From positions 97,216,001 through 97,280,000 of the forward strand of contig NC_043002.1 in assembly GCF_006345805.1 (NCBI RefSeq): a DNA stretch of 64,000 bases. The letters are read 5' to 3'. Position 1 is the stretch's first letter. Each line of letters begins with the position of its first letter. The DNA is from Octopus sinensis (Eukaryota). Below are positions 1 to 13,599 of the stretch, piece after piece. A program made the translations under genes and the position numbers. The notes under the pieces are model-generated. The model had not been told where the DNA came from. It saw nothing but the letters and a program-made list of their open reading frames with translations, and did not search any database.

Positions 1-46
<46 letters not shown>

Positions 47-500
47 TATGCGTATATATTTATGTATGTATGCATGTATTTATGTGAATATATAAAAACA
101 TACCTATATATATATATGTATATATATGAATTTATATATGTGTGTGTGCGCGCGTACGTGTGTGTACATAAGTAGATATACATATATCATATACTGAGAT
201 CTATATAATCGATATGATTACATATTTACACTCCCCAGTCTCTCACACTCACAATCAATTTATGTTTGCATACACACACACGTAAACATCACACACGCAC
301 ATATATATATATATAACTATATATATATATATATATATGTATGTATATATATATATATAGATACACATATACATCTGATTGTGTCTACCTGCATTTGTGT
401 GTGTGCGCGCGCATTTGTCTGTGCGTGTGTGTGTGTTTGTGCGTGTGTGCATTTGTGAGTGTGTGTGTGTGTTTGTGCGTGCGTACGAGCGTGCGTGTGT
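1..500. repeat. Compound (TA)n/(TG)n microsatellite block
   Basis: Pure TA run at 1-40 then mixed TA/CA/TG runs; ORFs here are YI/HT/CV repeat translations. Confidence 0.95.
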
Positions 501-1050
501 CTATCTATCAACCTATTTATTAATTTACCTGCTCTAAATATCACTTTCGCCTTTGCAAACACGTGTGCGCGCGATATTTTCGATATTGAACACTTCCATA
601 TAACGATCGCCCGCTCTGTTCGACTTTAAGTCTACGGTAAGAGAAAAAGGTTATATATATACATTGTGCTGTACAGGAAGTCAGCGTGTATGCATTTATA
701 GAACATTTATGGTGCAGCAAACATTTGTTGGTGTTAAATGAACACGATTAATCGTACTGAAGATTTAAAATAACAGTCGGGAAATAGCATATAAATTCGC
801 TAAATATATAGATTTACATATGGTGCTATTCGGTTAAAGCTTGTGTCAAAGTGAGGTGAGATCCACCGGAGATTCTGTATACATATATTTGTAAGGGCAG
901 GCAGAGACGCGCAGAGATGCACACCTATAAACGGAGAGGCACCAGCACAAAGAGGAAATACATATCAGAAATATTTCGGCGCGTGAACACACACACCCTA
1001 CTTATATATGTGCGAGTGTATGTATATATCTGTATGCGTGCGTGTGTGTA

Positions 1051-1155
1051 TGTGTGTTGTTTGGGTGTGTGTTGTGTGGGTGTGTGTTGTGTGGGTATGC
1101 GTTGTGTGGGTGTGTGTTGTGTGGGTGTGTGTTGTGTGGGTGTGTGTTGTGTGGG
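1051..1155. repeat. 15-bp minisatellite (TGTGTGTTGTGTGGG) x7
   Basis: Seven in-register 15-mers, five identical. Confidence 0.9.
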
Positions 1156-1321
1156 TGTGTGCACGTGTGTGTGTGTACGTATATGTGTTCATGTATAAAT
1201 ATATAAGAATATATATACATGTATGTATAAATATATACATATATATATGTATACATATGTATATTTATATATGTACAAATGTATATTTATATATACGCAT
1301 AAGTATATATGTGTATATACA

Positions 1322-1364
<43 letters not shown>

Positions 1365-1579
1365 TTATGTATGTAACTACGGGTGTATATGTGTGTACGG
1401 TAGGCAGGTAGATAGGTAGGTAGGTGGATGGATGGGTAGACAGACAGACAGATAGATACGTAATATGAACAACAGATGGATACGTAATCAGAGATATATA
1501 TGTATGTATGCATGTTGTGTTTATGTATGCATGCTGTATATATGTATGTATGTAGGTAGGTAGGTAGGTAGGTAGGTAT

Positions 1580-1990
1580 ATGCGTTGTTTTCCCCAACTG
1601 GACATTTGTTTCGCTTCAAATCACCAAAACTGGTCGGAGCACTATTGCATGCTGACTAATCACGGCAACATATATATATTGCCTATTGTTGCCTGTCCGT
1701 CTTATCTTGATCGGGCAATGACCACATTCATCTCGGTCAGTAAGTTTCACCTGTATCCCCCATACAACCAGAACCCAATACATCAATATCTCTACCATCT
1801 CCCTAAGTACTCTGCACCGTAACAGGCAAAGAACTTTATGAATAATTTGATTGGGTTACCTTCCGGTATTCGGTTACAATCATTGTTTCTGGTCTCCTTC
1901 GTTATTTATGTTTCTATCATCCTTAAAAATCTTTCTGTTAATCTATGAATCCGGCGACTTTCAGCCTGTGCTGATAATTTATCGTTAATC
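1580..1990 (-). mobile_element. Strongly degraded Penelope-like fragment (linker/GIY-YIG region)
   Basis: Minus strand has GGTAACCCAATCAAA (GNPIK, as in the neighbouring PLE), a GET remnant (ggtgaaact) and an RxxGH remnant in the same order. Confidence 0.5.
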
Positions 1991-2004
1991 ATTGTCCTAT
2001 TTTT

Positions 2005-2049
<45 letters not shown>

Positions 2050-2065
2050 TAATAATAATAATAAT

Positions 2066-3500
2066 GTTGCATTTAGGAATGGTCACTTTGCCAGTTTAGC
2101 CAATAAAAACACACGCACTATATATTTGGTGTTACTTTGCTTCAGCGTTATTTACTTTTTACATTAATCTTAATCTTATTTCGGCCAGAGTTCTTTCGTC
2201 ACACTCCTGTGACCTCACCAGTGGTCCTTTGCTTTCTTCTTTCTTATTTTTGTGTCTCTCCTTACTAACGGTCAGCCATTTTGTATTTTGTATTCCTATT
2301 CTATGGATCTTCATTTGCGCATGCGTATACCTCTATGTGTGTCTATGTTAGTTAGTGTGTGTGGGGGGAAGTGCCTGTAATATTTGTATCTCCTGTTTAT
2401 ATACGTTCGTGTAATTTGTTTTTGTTTTTGTTTATTTTTATTTTGTTCATGTGTTTACACCTACTTATTTTTCTATTATTATTTTTTTAATGTGTATAGT
2501 TATTTACTTCCATTTGTTTATTTATCTATGTATTTTATTATGTTTTTAGTTTTGTTACCAGTTTATAGGGATCTTCTTCTGTCATATGCCGTGGTGTGTG
2601 CTAGTGTTCCATTCCAGTTTCCTATTCAGGCTAGGTTTATCTTCTATAATGTGTGTAGCTTCCGTAATTTGTCTGATTGTTGCGTCTGTTCCATGTGTGT
2701 ACAAGATTTTATCTTCTATGTTGTTGATTGAGCCCCCGTGTTCCTGCTCGGCGTGTTGGTACAGAAACAATGAGCTCTTTTCTTCCTTAAGTTATCTCCA
2801 ATGACCATTTACCCGCCCTCCTATGCTCCGCGCCGTTTCCCCTAGGTATGTTGTTGTTTTGTTACTGCATCGTTCCTCTATACATCTTATACTATAGACT
2901 ACATTTCTGGCTTTACAGTTTGCGGGCTAAATCTACATACAGTACAGTTCCTATCCGTACAGTGGGTTCTACTAATCGGGTAGGTTCTACCGATTAAGGA
3001 TTTGATTGGGTTGCCTGGCCTTTCAACAACCTTAATCCTTAGCTTAAGTTTGTCTAGGGCCCTTCTAAAGCGGTACGCCAGTTTGCCTCTATGGGTTGTG
3101 TCGACGAACATGACACTTTGGTATTTGTGGCTATCATACCAAGAGTTGGCCTTCCCTATTTTCTTCTTAGTCCTTTCAAAAGTGTTCCATGACTTGCTCC
3201 TATAGAGTGGGCAAATCCCATTCCTATCATTACATAAGATAGTATCAAATTTCTTCATGGCTCCTTTGTATACTCTGATCCTTTCTTTATGGCTGTAACC
3301 TGAGAACTGCATACGGTGAACGAAATGTTGTATGTGTCTCTTTAACTCTGTAGGCTCGCACATGCGGGACACATTTCGCATTATTCTGACGAGGTCTGCC
3401 ATCGAAATATTGAGTTTGGCATTGCCCGCGATAGCTGAGTTCCGATAGATCAAGTATTTGGAGACCATAGGTTTGGCATAGTTTGGAATATAAAGATCAA

Positions 3501-3505
<5 letters not shown>
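2066..3505 (-). mobile_element. 5'-truncated Penelope-like retroelement: RT C-terminus, Cys-rich linker, GIY-YIG endonuclease (frameshifted), 3' pLTR with hammerhead, ending at (ATT)n
   Basis: ORF 2899-3468 (RMQFSGY...KVVERPGNPIK...CTDRNCTVC); after frameshifts NVVYSIRC, YLGETARSIGGRVNGH, QHAEQEH, RQITEA, PSLNRKLEW (about 2590-2905); hammerhead downstream on the same strand. Confidence 0.88.
2183..2227 (-). ncRNA. Type-I hammerhead ribozyme motif in PLE 3' end (core CUGGUGA, A6G)
   Basis: Minus strand GGACCA-CUGGUGA-G-GUCAC[AGGAGU]GUGAC-GAAA-G[AA]C-UC-UGGCC: stems I, II, III and CUC cleavage triplet. Confidence 0.7.
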
Positions 3506-4101
<596 letters not shown>

Positions 4102-4233
4102 ATGTTTTTTCTGATTTTTCAGATATTTTTATATATGCTAGGCTACTGCTTTTAAATTGATATTGATTAAATTAATATTCAATTTATCTCCCTCGTTATC
4201 TAAATTTTAATATATATATATATATGTATACTA

Positions 4234-4593
4234 GGGTCCATCGGTCACGAATGACCATGAGTGCACCAAAGTGGTTCTCATCCGGAGTACAAGTCTGGCG
4301 ACAAAGTTGCCTCACTGGACAACGCACAGCCTAGGGCTGTTTTTATGGAAGACCTGAAGTTGTCCATGCATACCAGCCTCCCCTCTCCACACCACCGGTA
4401 TTACCCAAGGGAAAGAGAAAGGGGGCGATACAGCTTTGCACCAGTGACGTCGCAACTCATTTCTACAGCTGAGTGAATTGGAGCAGCGTGAAATAAATTG
4501 TCTTACTCAAGAACACAACACGCATCCCGGTCCGGGAATCGAACTCACAATATCACGGTCATAAACTCGATGCTCTAACCACTGAGCCATGTG
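4234..4593 (-). mobile_element. tRNA-derived SINE
   Basis: Minus strand A box TGGCTCAGTGG, B box GTTCGATTCC, then central domain TGTTCTTGAGTAAGACA...CACTCAGCTGTAGAAATGAG. Confidence 0.8.
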
Positions 4594-4623
<30 letters not shown>

Positions 4624-4625
<2 letters not shown>

Positions 4626-4824
4626 CGGGAAGCTTTATGAAAATAAACAAAAGACGAAGGCAGGTGGAAAACAAACGAACAATTGTATTAGTATGGCGCT
4701 CAGGAAATATAAATAAAACAAGTCTTTAACGTTTCGAGCCTACGCTCTTCAACAGAAAGATACACAGAGAGAGAAAAACACAGAAAGAAGGAGAGAAAAA
4801 AAATGCGTGCAGTAGCTAACGAAT

Positions 4825-4828
<4 letters not shown>
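4624..4828 (-). mobile_element. Short hammerhead-bearing element between (TA)n tracts (same family as 43510-43668)
   Basis: Shares GAAGAGCGTAGGCTCGAAACGT and flanking pyrimidine tracts with the 43.5-kb copy. Confidence 0.75.
4723..4760 (-). ncRNA. Minimal type-I hammerhead motif, variant core CUGUUGA
   Basis: UCUUU-CUGUUGA-A-GAGC[GUAG]GCUC-GAAAC-GUU-AAAGA. Confidence 0.65.
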
Positions 4829-4884
<56 letters not shown>

Positions 4885-4886
4885 AT

Positions 4887-5192
4887 GTGGAGGCGCAATG
4901 GCCTAGTGGTTAGGGCAGTGGACTCGCGGTCGTAGGATCGCGGTTTCGATTCCCAGACCGGGCGTTGTGAGTGTTTATTGAGCGAAAACACCTAAAACAG
5001 CTCCACGCGGCTCCGGCAGGGCGTGGTGATCCCTGCTGTACTCTTTCACCGCTCTTTCTCTTACTCTTTCTTCTGTTGGCCTGCTCGCTTAGCCAGTGGG
5101 GTGGCGTCATTCGAAGGCTAAAACAATGCGAACGCATTGTGACCAGCGATGTGTAGCAACATCTGATGGTCTGGTCGGTCACGTGATCAACT
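4887..5192 (+). mobile_element. tRNA-derived SINE family B, tail type 1
   Basis: Head GGAGGCGCAATGGCCTAGTGGTTAG, B-box-like GTTTCGATTCC, body shared with 16488 and 33352 up to CTGCTGTACTCTTTCACC, then a different tail. Confidence 0.85.
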
Positions 5193-6144
5193 GATATATG
5201 TATATATATATAATCATTAACAGGTCGGACGAAATGCTTAGTGGCACTTCTTCCAGCTGCATTCAACTTTGCCTTTCGTTCATTTGGAGTCGATGAAATA
5301 AAGTACCAGTGAAATATTGGTTTCAATGTAATCGTCTTCACTTCACTCCTCAACATTACTGGCCTTGAACTTTGCAACAGATCAATGTCCTACCAGGGGG
5401 AAAATGTTGTGATCTCGGACACTTATATATAATGGAAACCGATTAACCGGCCTTATGTGATCTAGTACTCAAGAAAAATAAAGAAAGCAAAATGATAAAC
5501 CTATGGCCGTTTCTATAGTATATACGATATCCTCTGTATCGGAGCATATAGATACAGTTTGTACTGATCGTAAATTCAATTATCACTGACTAGATATAAA
5601 AAGGGGGAAAATGACAGGAAATTATTTACAAACTGAAGCATTATGTGGACAGAGGATCGTAGGGGATGAGATAAAGTAGAGAGATGTCGAGCAGAGAACT
5701 TCAGAGAATAGATTACTGTAGGGTTTCATAAATTACTAGATTCAGAAGACTGGTAAAAATGATTTGAGTCTCTCCTGTATTTGTGTGAATTCACAGGTGA
5801 ATAATTTCATGTGTATGAACGAGCGAGTATGTGAGTGTGTGTGTGCGTGAGTGTGTGTGTGAGCAAGTATTTGTTCGTGTGTGTATGTGAGGACGAGAGA
5901 CTGACAGAGAGAGGCAGATAGAGAGGTAGGGAGAGACAGAGAGGATTGCAATAATAAGACTATTTTTATTTTATGCGGATTTGAATTATTTTCTGGCTTT
6001 AAAGGCGAAGCTTTATCAATGACAGATGTGTCGGCTTTGATCATCTTTGTATGTTAGAATCAATATATTCCAGAGGGGAATAACAATGATCTTATTTTCC
6101 ACTACTACCTCTGCTCTATACTCGCACACCAGAGAAAGAGGGGG

Positions 6145-6176
<32 letters not shown>

Positions 6177-8145
6177 AAGAGGGAAACAGAGACACAAGGG
6201 AGTGAAAGAGGTTGAGAGAATTTACTTCTTAGCATAAAATTTGTATAGAGCAAAAAGGAAAAAAAGTCGATTTTAGCTACTACAATAGAATACTGAGAAT
6301 ATGTATAAAATATCAATGTAAATTAGCATAATCCCATCGCAGAGTAGATAAAATATTGAAACAGTGTCTTCCGCTATGGTGCTTCCTCTCTTTTTATGAC
6401 GGTTGTTATCAGATATTCAGGCATGGAGGAGATACTTTAGCGATATTCTTGCCTTTGCGGCTCTGCTATATTGCAGGAAATCATATCGACGAAACCTCTG
6501 ACAGAGACCTTATATTCCTAGCTAAATGCGTTTAGCCAAAGTATTTTGTATCATTTAAAACTACGGAACGTTAACCCAGTTGTCATTACACAAACAAACA
6601 AGCATTATACACTTAAGAGATACTCTTTAGGTACTTACAAATCTGACTATTCCAGAGCAGGATTTTGGTATACGGGAAACTGTAGTCATATTTCGGCAGT
6701 GGATTGTGTAGAAGTTTTATTCTTTAAAACAGTTCTTTTCTATGAGTTATCAATAAACTTTTACATTTCCTGATAATATGTTGTAAATCGATAAATAGCA
6801 AATTAGTTTGGGCTGACATTTCGAAAGAAATATTTCGCTACCATTTTGATTCTGAAAGTAGATGGTGAAAACACAGAAGAGACTTTGATAAATAGACGAC
6901 ATAGAGATAATATAAGCACATACACACACAAAGAAGTTATTTACAGTCTTGATTTACAAATAGTTATTATCTGAATTAATCCCCCCAAAATGAACGTTTC
7001 GTACTAGAAACGAAAAGAAAATGCAGTTAACTAATGTAAATATATAGCTTTTGTTGTCGATAATAATAATGATGTTTATGATGATAAAATTGATGTTGAT
7101 GAGCAAGCAGAAAGGAGGAGAAAAAATACAAAAAGAGAAAGAAGATAAAGAAGAAATTAAAAGGATTCTCGTAGTGACTTAAGTAGAGATAAGGTTAATA
7201 GGGTAATACAAATATTGCTGGTGATTGTCATTTGTATTTAAAATATATGACAGAAGATTTGATGCAGCCACTCACCGTTCCTGAACCAATTAGTTATACT
7301 AATATCTAGCTTTATAAAAATAGGGAAAGTGTTAAAAGAACTTTGAACTTGTGGCCCCCATATTGTTTTTCTTTCTGCCCCTGCCACCATTCTTTTTATG
7401 TTTCCGAGATATTTCTAAGTATTTCGAAACGTGATAATTTTCAACCTTCGGAGATCAAACATTGTAGATGTGATTTGTCCTCGTAACCCCGATGATAAGC
7501 TGTTACTACATCTTCCTTGGAACTTATTATTAGAGTCATGTTCTTGATGCAAATAATAATCATTTCCAAAAATAGCGACAAGGTCACACATTTTAGAGGA
7601 ACAGAATAGTCAGTTGATTCGATTAACTGACTGTTGCTTATTTTAACGACCTTAGAAAAGTGAAAGATAAATTTTTGACTCCAACGATATTTGAAGCCAG
7701 AACATAAAGGAACCTAACTAAATGCATCAATGTGTTTGCCCAGCCGCTCTCCACATTCTGATCGCCTTCTAGTGGTACGCGTATTAAAAGGTGAGCAACG
7801 TATGCATGTATGTTTGTATATATTTATGTATGCATGTATGTATGATTTAATGCACACAGCGAGAAAATACGAGCTTTTGATTAGTTTCTTGCTATGAAGA
7901 CACAAGGCGTGTTACAAAAACCTGTCTAGACTCGTTCTCTAGAGCAGAAACTATTAGTAGCTCGCAACTTTATATTGTATACATTAAAAAATATTTATCT
8001 TTCAGTGGATGGAATAATTTTTTTAAGTGTGAATGGATGGATGCATGAATGGAGCGGGTATTCATGGATATTTTTTTACTAGGGAACTTGCCAAAATATT
8101 TGTGCAAACGAGCACAATTATCGGTAACTCGTCCACTAGAGAGAA

Positions 8146-8288
8146 TACATTATTTACATTTAATGGATATTTGTCCTCATCTTGTTTGTTGTTAACACAA
8201 CGTTTCAGTTGATACACCCTACAGCCTTCATCAGGTGTCTGGGTTCTCCTTCCTTAGGTATATTTCGATGTTGTTGTTGTTGTTGTTG

Positions 8289-8320
<32 letters not shown>

Positions 8321-8345
8321 GTTATCATTATTATTATTATTATTT
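8146..8345 (-). mobile_element. Hammerhead-bearing pLTR-like element, left arm of an inverted pair
   Basis: Reverse complement aligns with 8456-8638 and 60430-60547; starts from an (AAT/AAC)n tract. Confidence 0.85.
8194..8239 (-). ncRNA. Minimal type-I hammerhead motif, intact core
   Basis: GACAC-CUGAUGA-A-GGCUG[UAGGGUGUAU]CAACU-GAAAC-GUU-GUGUU; stem III is the palindrome AACGUU (dimer type). Confidence 0.8.
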
Positions 8346-8406
8346 AAGTCACTGCCTGGAATCTTGGGGTAGTAGCCCACGCTCTTAACCACTACGCCAT
8401 ATGCCC

Positions 8407-8407
<1 letters not shown>

Positions 8408-8458
<51 letters not shown>

Positions 8459-8638
8459 TCGAAAAATACGTTAGGAATGAGAACCCAGGTTCAAAGTTTC
8501 CCCAAGACACATGAAGAAGACTGGAGGCTATATCAGCCGAAACGTTGTGTTAACAACAATCAAGATGAGGACAAATATCAGTCAAATGTAAATAATGTAA
8601 ATAATGTACCTAATTCTTCATCTCTTAAATATAGAACT
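8408..8638 (+). mobile_element. Hammerhead-bearing pLTR-like element, right arm, preceded by (AAT)n
   Basis: ACATCGAAAAATAC...GAGAACCCAGG...AAGACAC(A)TGAAGAAGACTG...CAGCCGAAACGTTGTGTTAACAAC; hammerhead at 8506-8551 has C3 mutated to A. Confidence 0.85.
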
Positions 8639-9061
8639 GTAGGACAATACAATTATGAAAAGAACATTACCGAACCTTCTTCTGCTGTATATGGAATAGG
8701 ATAAGCAAGAATTGCATAAATACATATTAACATCAATTTCACACCAGTGGTCCAGCATATAAAAAAGAAACTGAAGGTTCAGTAAAATTGTATTGTATAC
8801 ATATGAGAGGGATAAATAGTTTTTTAACATGTCACGAGCATGCATTAAATAACTATTCCTACAATACTTCTCACTCCCTCGTCGAGAAAGATTACTTCCT
8901 GCAATACGAGAACACTTCCTCTTAAAGCACACCATCCTGTGTTAATGTCTTGTTTTGTTTTGTTTTTTTATTTCCATATATGTCGATTCAGGAATTGTCT
9001 GAAATTGTTCTAAGCGTAAAATATAATTTTATACATATGAATCTTTAACATTATGCACATA

Positions 9062-9270
9062 CAGTAGTCCCTCGCCATATCGCGGTTCACCTATCGCGGT
9101 TTATTATTTGAGCTTACGTTGATTCCTCCGTGCTGTTGTGTTGCATTTATGATAAAATAAATATATACAAATTATAAAAATAATTTTTAAAATATACAGT
9201 ACTCTTTTTACTTCGCAGTTTTTCAACTATCACGTGTGGTTTGGGCACGTAATACTGTCGATAGTCCAGG
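9062..9270 (+). mobile_element. Tigger/pogo-like non-autonomous fragment (left TIR)
   Basis: TA followed by CAGTAGTCCCTCGCCATATCGCGGTTCACC; no clear right TIR. Confidence 0.5.
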
Positions 9271-10038
9271 TATACATGTGTGTGTGTGTGTATTTCTGTG
9301 TGCGTGCGTGTGTGTGTGTGTGTATGTGTGTGTGTGTGTGTATGTGGTGTGTGTGTGTGTGTGTGTTGACTGTCTGAATAAAGAGTAGTTGATACCATAG
9401 TTGAGATAAATAATATTTACAATTTATTCGAACCAGTCTCACCCGCTACTCTGAGTTACGCCAGTGGGTGATGAGGTTCTTCTGCCAATTTACCACCCGC
9501 AACTTGCCGGAAGAACCTCTATACTCACACACTAAACGCAGGATAGCCACAGACTTACCCGACCAATTTTTGTGTGTGTGTGTGTACAATGTATGTGAAT
9601 CAACTTGTCTTAGATATATCACTTTAACAGTTTTATCATTGAAAAATTATGTAAATGGTCAAGCGTAGGATAACTAAATATATTTGATACTTTCTAGAAT
9701 TTACCCAACAGTTATTGCTTTCAGCTTTAGCTTCGCATAGTAACACGAAGAAATATCGATCTAAAATCAATCTGATATTTTGCTTAGTCAGACGGAAAGA
9801 AAAGAAGAAAGTACCCATGACCCTCACTAGCCAACCGAGATGAGAATATATCGGATGAATTGTATATTAAAGGCTTTAAATTTTATAGAGGCGTTTAGAT
9901 TTAGTGTCTTAATTGTGGTATGTTATTAACCCATATATGCCCACAAAAAAAATGAAGTCTTAAAATTTCACTATATTTAGATTAAACGTTATGGTAAGCT
10001 TTCACAATCTGGCATAGAAGGACAGTCTGAAACTTTTA

Positions 10039-10341
10039 GTGGAGGCACATGGCCTAGTGGTTAGAGCAGAGAACTCGCGGTCGAGGGATCGCAGGTTCGA
10101 ATCTAAGACCGGGCGATGTGTGTGTTTATGAGCGAAACACCTAATCTCCACGCGGCACCGGCAGAAGGCAATGGCGAAATTCTGCTGACTCTTTGAACAC
10201 AACTTTCTCTCCATCTTTCCTCCTGCATCTTGCAACTCACCTGCAACAGGCCGGCTTCCCGTCCAGGTGGGGAAACTCTACGCCAAGGAAACCGGGAAAC
10301 CGGCCCTAATGAGCCAGGCGTGGCTCGAGAAGGAACAAACA
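10039..10341 (+). mobile_element. tRNA-derived SINE family B, tail type 2
   Basis: A box TGGCCTAGTGG, B box GTTCGAATC; tail CCCGTCCAG...GGAAACCGGGAAACC...ATGAGCC shared with 45974. Confidence 0.85.
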
Positions 10342-10476
10342 TGAAACTGTGAGGTACAGGTGTTGACTACCTACTGAATGCTTTCGGGTGAGTCCATGTT
10401 CAAACAAGTAGAAGCAGGTTTTTGCATTGAGAAAACGCAACCAGTGGTATATATGGGTTAAACTGTTCAAATAAGG

Positions 10477-10681
10477 CGGGGAGCTGACAGAATTATTTGC
10501 ATCCTCTACAAAATTCTTTGCGACTTGTCGCTGTGCGTTCTGAGTTAAAATTCCACTGAAGTCAACGTTGCTATTCATCATTTTGGCGACAATAATATAA
10601 TTACCAGTTGAGCAATGCAGTGCTTGTAACCGTCTAGCTCCTTCACCCAATATCTCAGGCCTAGTGCCTATTATAGAAAGC
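10477..10681 (+). mobile_element. Degenerate SINE family A
   Basis: GGCGGGGAGCTGACAGAA head, GTTCTGAGTTAAAATTCC, terminal GGCCTAGTGCCTATTATAGAAAG. Confidence 0.6.
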
Positions 10682-11310
10682 TTTATCAAAGGTTCAAATA
10701 AAATACCATGCTCCTCTGCCTTATTGTTTGTAGTGGCCTCTGTCGATCAATTTTGACCATACATTTGCATGTGTGAGTCTAGTGTCTGGTAAGATGTTTT
10801 GATGATGATCGCCTATTCATGAGAGTTTTTTTTTTAACTCTACTGGTCTTTTGCTTGTTTCAGTCAATGAACTCCAGCCATAACGCGATACCGCTTTCAA
10901 GGGTTTTGGTAGAACATATTGACCCCAACACATTTTCGGCCCTCGATTCAGTATGTAACTTCTGCCAGTTATTAATAAAATATTTTGCGTTCTATTTTCC
11001 TCTTTGCATCCCCAGACCTCTCTCTCCCTGTACACACGTGCGGGCACGCACGCACACATACATAGAGTCACTACAGATGAGCTTTAATCTTAAGCGAAAC
11101 TAGACTAGTATAGTGATCTCGCTCGCTGTGGAGTGGTTATCTCTCCTGTCGGTGTATGGAACTGTGCTTCCTTGCATCTCTAAGTGTTTTACTATTCTTA
11201 TTTTAAGTAATGTAGGCGCTACCTTGTCACAATTAATGACAATTGAATATTTTCAGTTTGGCTTTATATTGCGTACAGCAGCCTTCGTTATTTTCTTTGT
11301 CATTCATTTC

Positions 11311-11348
<38 letters not shown>

Positions 11349-12249
11349 TATAGGCTTATTCACAGCCTCAGGCTGCCAAATTCCTCCACAAATTCCTTAG
11401 TTAACCTAGTGCTAATCGCAGAAGACGCACGCCCAAAGTATATACATATATGTCCCCGTTATATGCAGCAACAAAAGCAGTAGTATACACATATCTGTGT
11501 ATAATACTGAATATAAATGCATACCGAAAAGGGAGAATTTACTGCGGTATTTGTCCAGAAATGATATTCTTCATGGGCGTGCGTTACTTACATGCACACC
11601 TATATTAGTAGTTGGCCATCAGTGTTGGCGAGAATTCTAGACGTACATTTCTGCCTCGTTTACATTTTATTTCTAGCAAGTAATAACTGGCGCTGCATAT
11701 AGTCGCCAGATTTAATAAAAAATGTTTTACATACCAGAAGCAACATTAGCTTAAATAGTCATCTATGTATCATACTTAATGTAAATGTATTACGAAAAAA
11801 AGCTCATTTCACGTACAAGACTTGCGTCGGCTGGAGACAGATGATACAGATACTTGGCCTAGAACCCGGCACGTCATGAATATAAAACTACCTACTCCTT
11901 AGCTGCTCAAAGTTTATCAACCTCTAGTTAATGCTAGCATTTTACGAAAGAGTTATTGAAAAGTAGAGGGTGCTTTCGGGTTCCTCTAACAGGAACTATC
12001 GGTGTTCGAATAGTGGGCCAAAAGACGGGAGAAAATCTCTGAACAACATTTTAAATTCTGTCTTATTTTTGTGTCCTGACAACTAACGGTAGATGATTTC
12101 TTTTTGCCTTTTTTTTCTTTGTCTTTGATTTTCTCTAGCTATATTATTTGCAAAATATATATTAAAAGTAGTAATATTATTGAAAACTTTTCTTTCAATA
12201 TATTTCAATAATACATGTACACACTCACAAACACACACACACACATAAA

Positions 12250-12275
12250 TACCATATATATATGTATATATATAT

Positions 12276-12308
<33 letters not shown>

Positions 12309-12830
12309 CTATATATATATAAAATATATTTATATATATGTATATATTATATACATTATAATATATATATAAAATAATTTATATATATAATATAATATTT
12401 ATATACATATATAAAATTATATTATATATTATGCATATATTAATATATATACATATATTATATATATATATACATATATTAACATTATACAATGGATTTA
12501 TATATATACAATATATTATAATATACACATATATTAATATATACACATATATTATATATACACATATATTATATTATATATATACATATTTATTCATATA
12601 TACAATATATTCATATATATATTATACATATATTATATATACATATTCTATAATATATATATATATTATATATATACATATTATATATAATACATACATA
12701 TATATATATATATATAATATATATATATATATTATATAAATAAATAAATATATATATATATATATATAGTATATCTATATTATATATATATATATATAAT
12801 AATATAGTATATATATATATATATATTAGT
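12250..12830. repeat. Large imperfect (TA)n array
   Basis: About 580 bp of almost only A/T dinucleotide repeats. Confidence 0.95.
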
Positions 12831-13517
12831 AGTGTCGTTAGCTTCGTCCAACATAGTAATATAGAAACAACAACATTTTTAATCAGAATTTAGCTTCTTG
12901 TAGTCTCCACATACAAATTTCTATTAACTTCATACATTACAACACTACGACCCAACAGACCAGTTTAGGAACCATATCACATCCAATCGGTATGAATGTG
13001 CGATTGTATTTTCAAGAATTCAGCAGACTGTCTGCTTTTAACATTACAGAGGAAATTTATTCGTAAACGAGAAATTATTATCAGTTCGTCTTGAAAGCTA
13101 ACTTTTTTACGACATAGCTATAAATCTACGCCAGCCATAACAATATTTCAAGTGCGCAGGGACTATCTCTGACAAAACATTGAGTGTTATAGCGACAGAC
13201 AGGCGGGGAAAGTCACTGCATAGTTTGATATCAAACGCTTTGAACTCAGTCCCGACATCTAGCGGTTAAAATTTTGCTTTTCGCTTGCTTTATTTTATTC
13301 CACTCTTACATTTGGAAAAACAAAAAATAATAATGATAATAATAATGATAAAATCGAAATGTTATTGAAATGAAAATAATGAACACTGTTTTATTAAAAA
13401 TTGTATTGCGGTCGTCGAATATCTGTTCATATACAACCATGCCTCCAATATACATTAACTATCATTTTCAAGTTGTATATGCATATATACACACACGTGT
13501 TCAAACAGATAACTAGA

Positions 13518-13523
13518 TAAATG

Positions 13524-13599
<76 letters not shown>

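Noticed and set aside
255-1605. Many 60-140 aa ORFs (YI, HT, CV, LPTY repeats); likewise at 12.4, 14.3, 28.5-29.2, 32.4-33.2, 41.0 and 55.9-56.4 kb
   Set aside because: They are translations of di-, tri- and tetranucleotide repeats that lack stops; no coding evidence.
4887-4960. tRNA gene calls for SINE heads (also 10039, 16488, 33352, 45974, 24843)
   Set aside because: A/B boxes run into conserved SINE bodies with tails and TSDs, with no complete acceptor stem, so these are SINEs rather than tRNAs.
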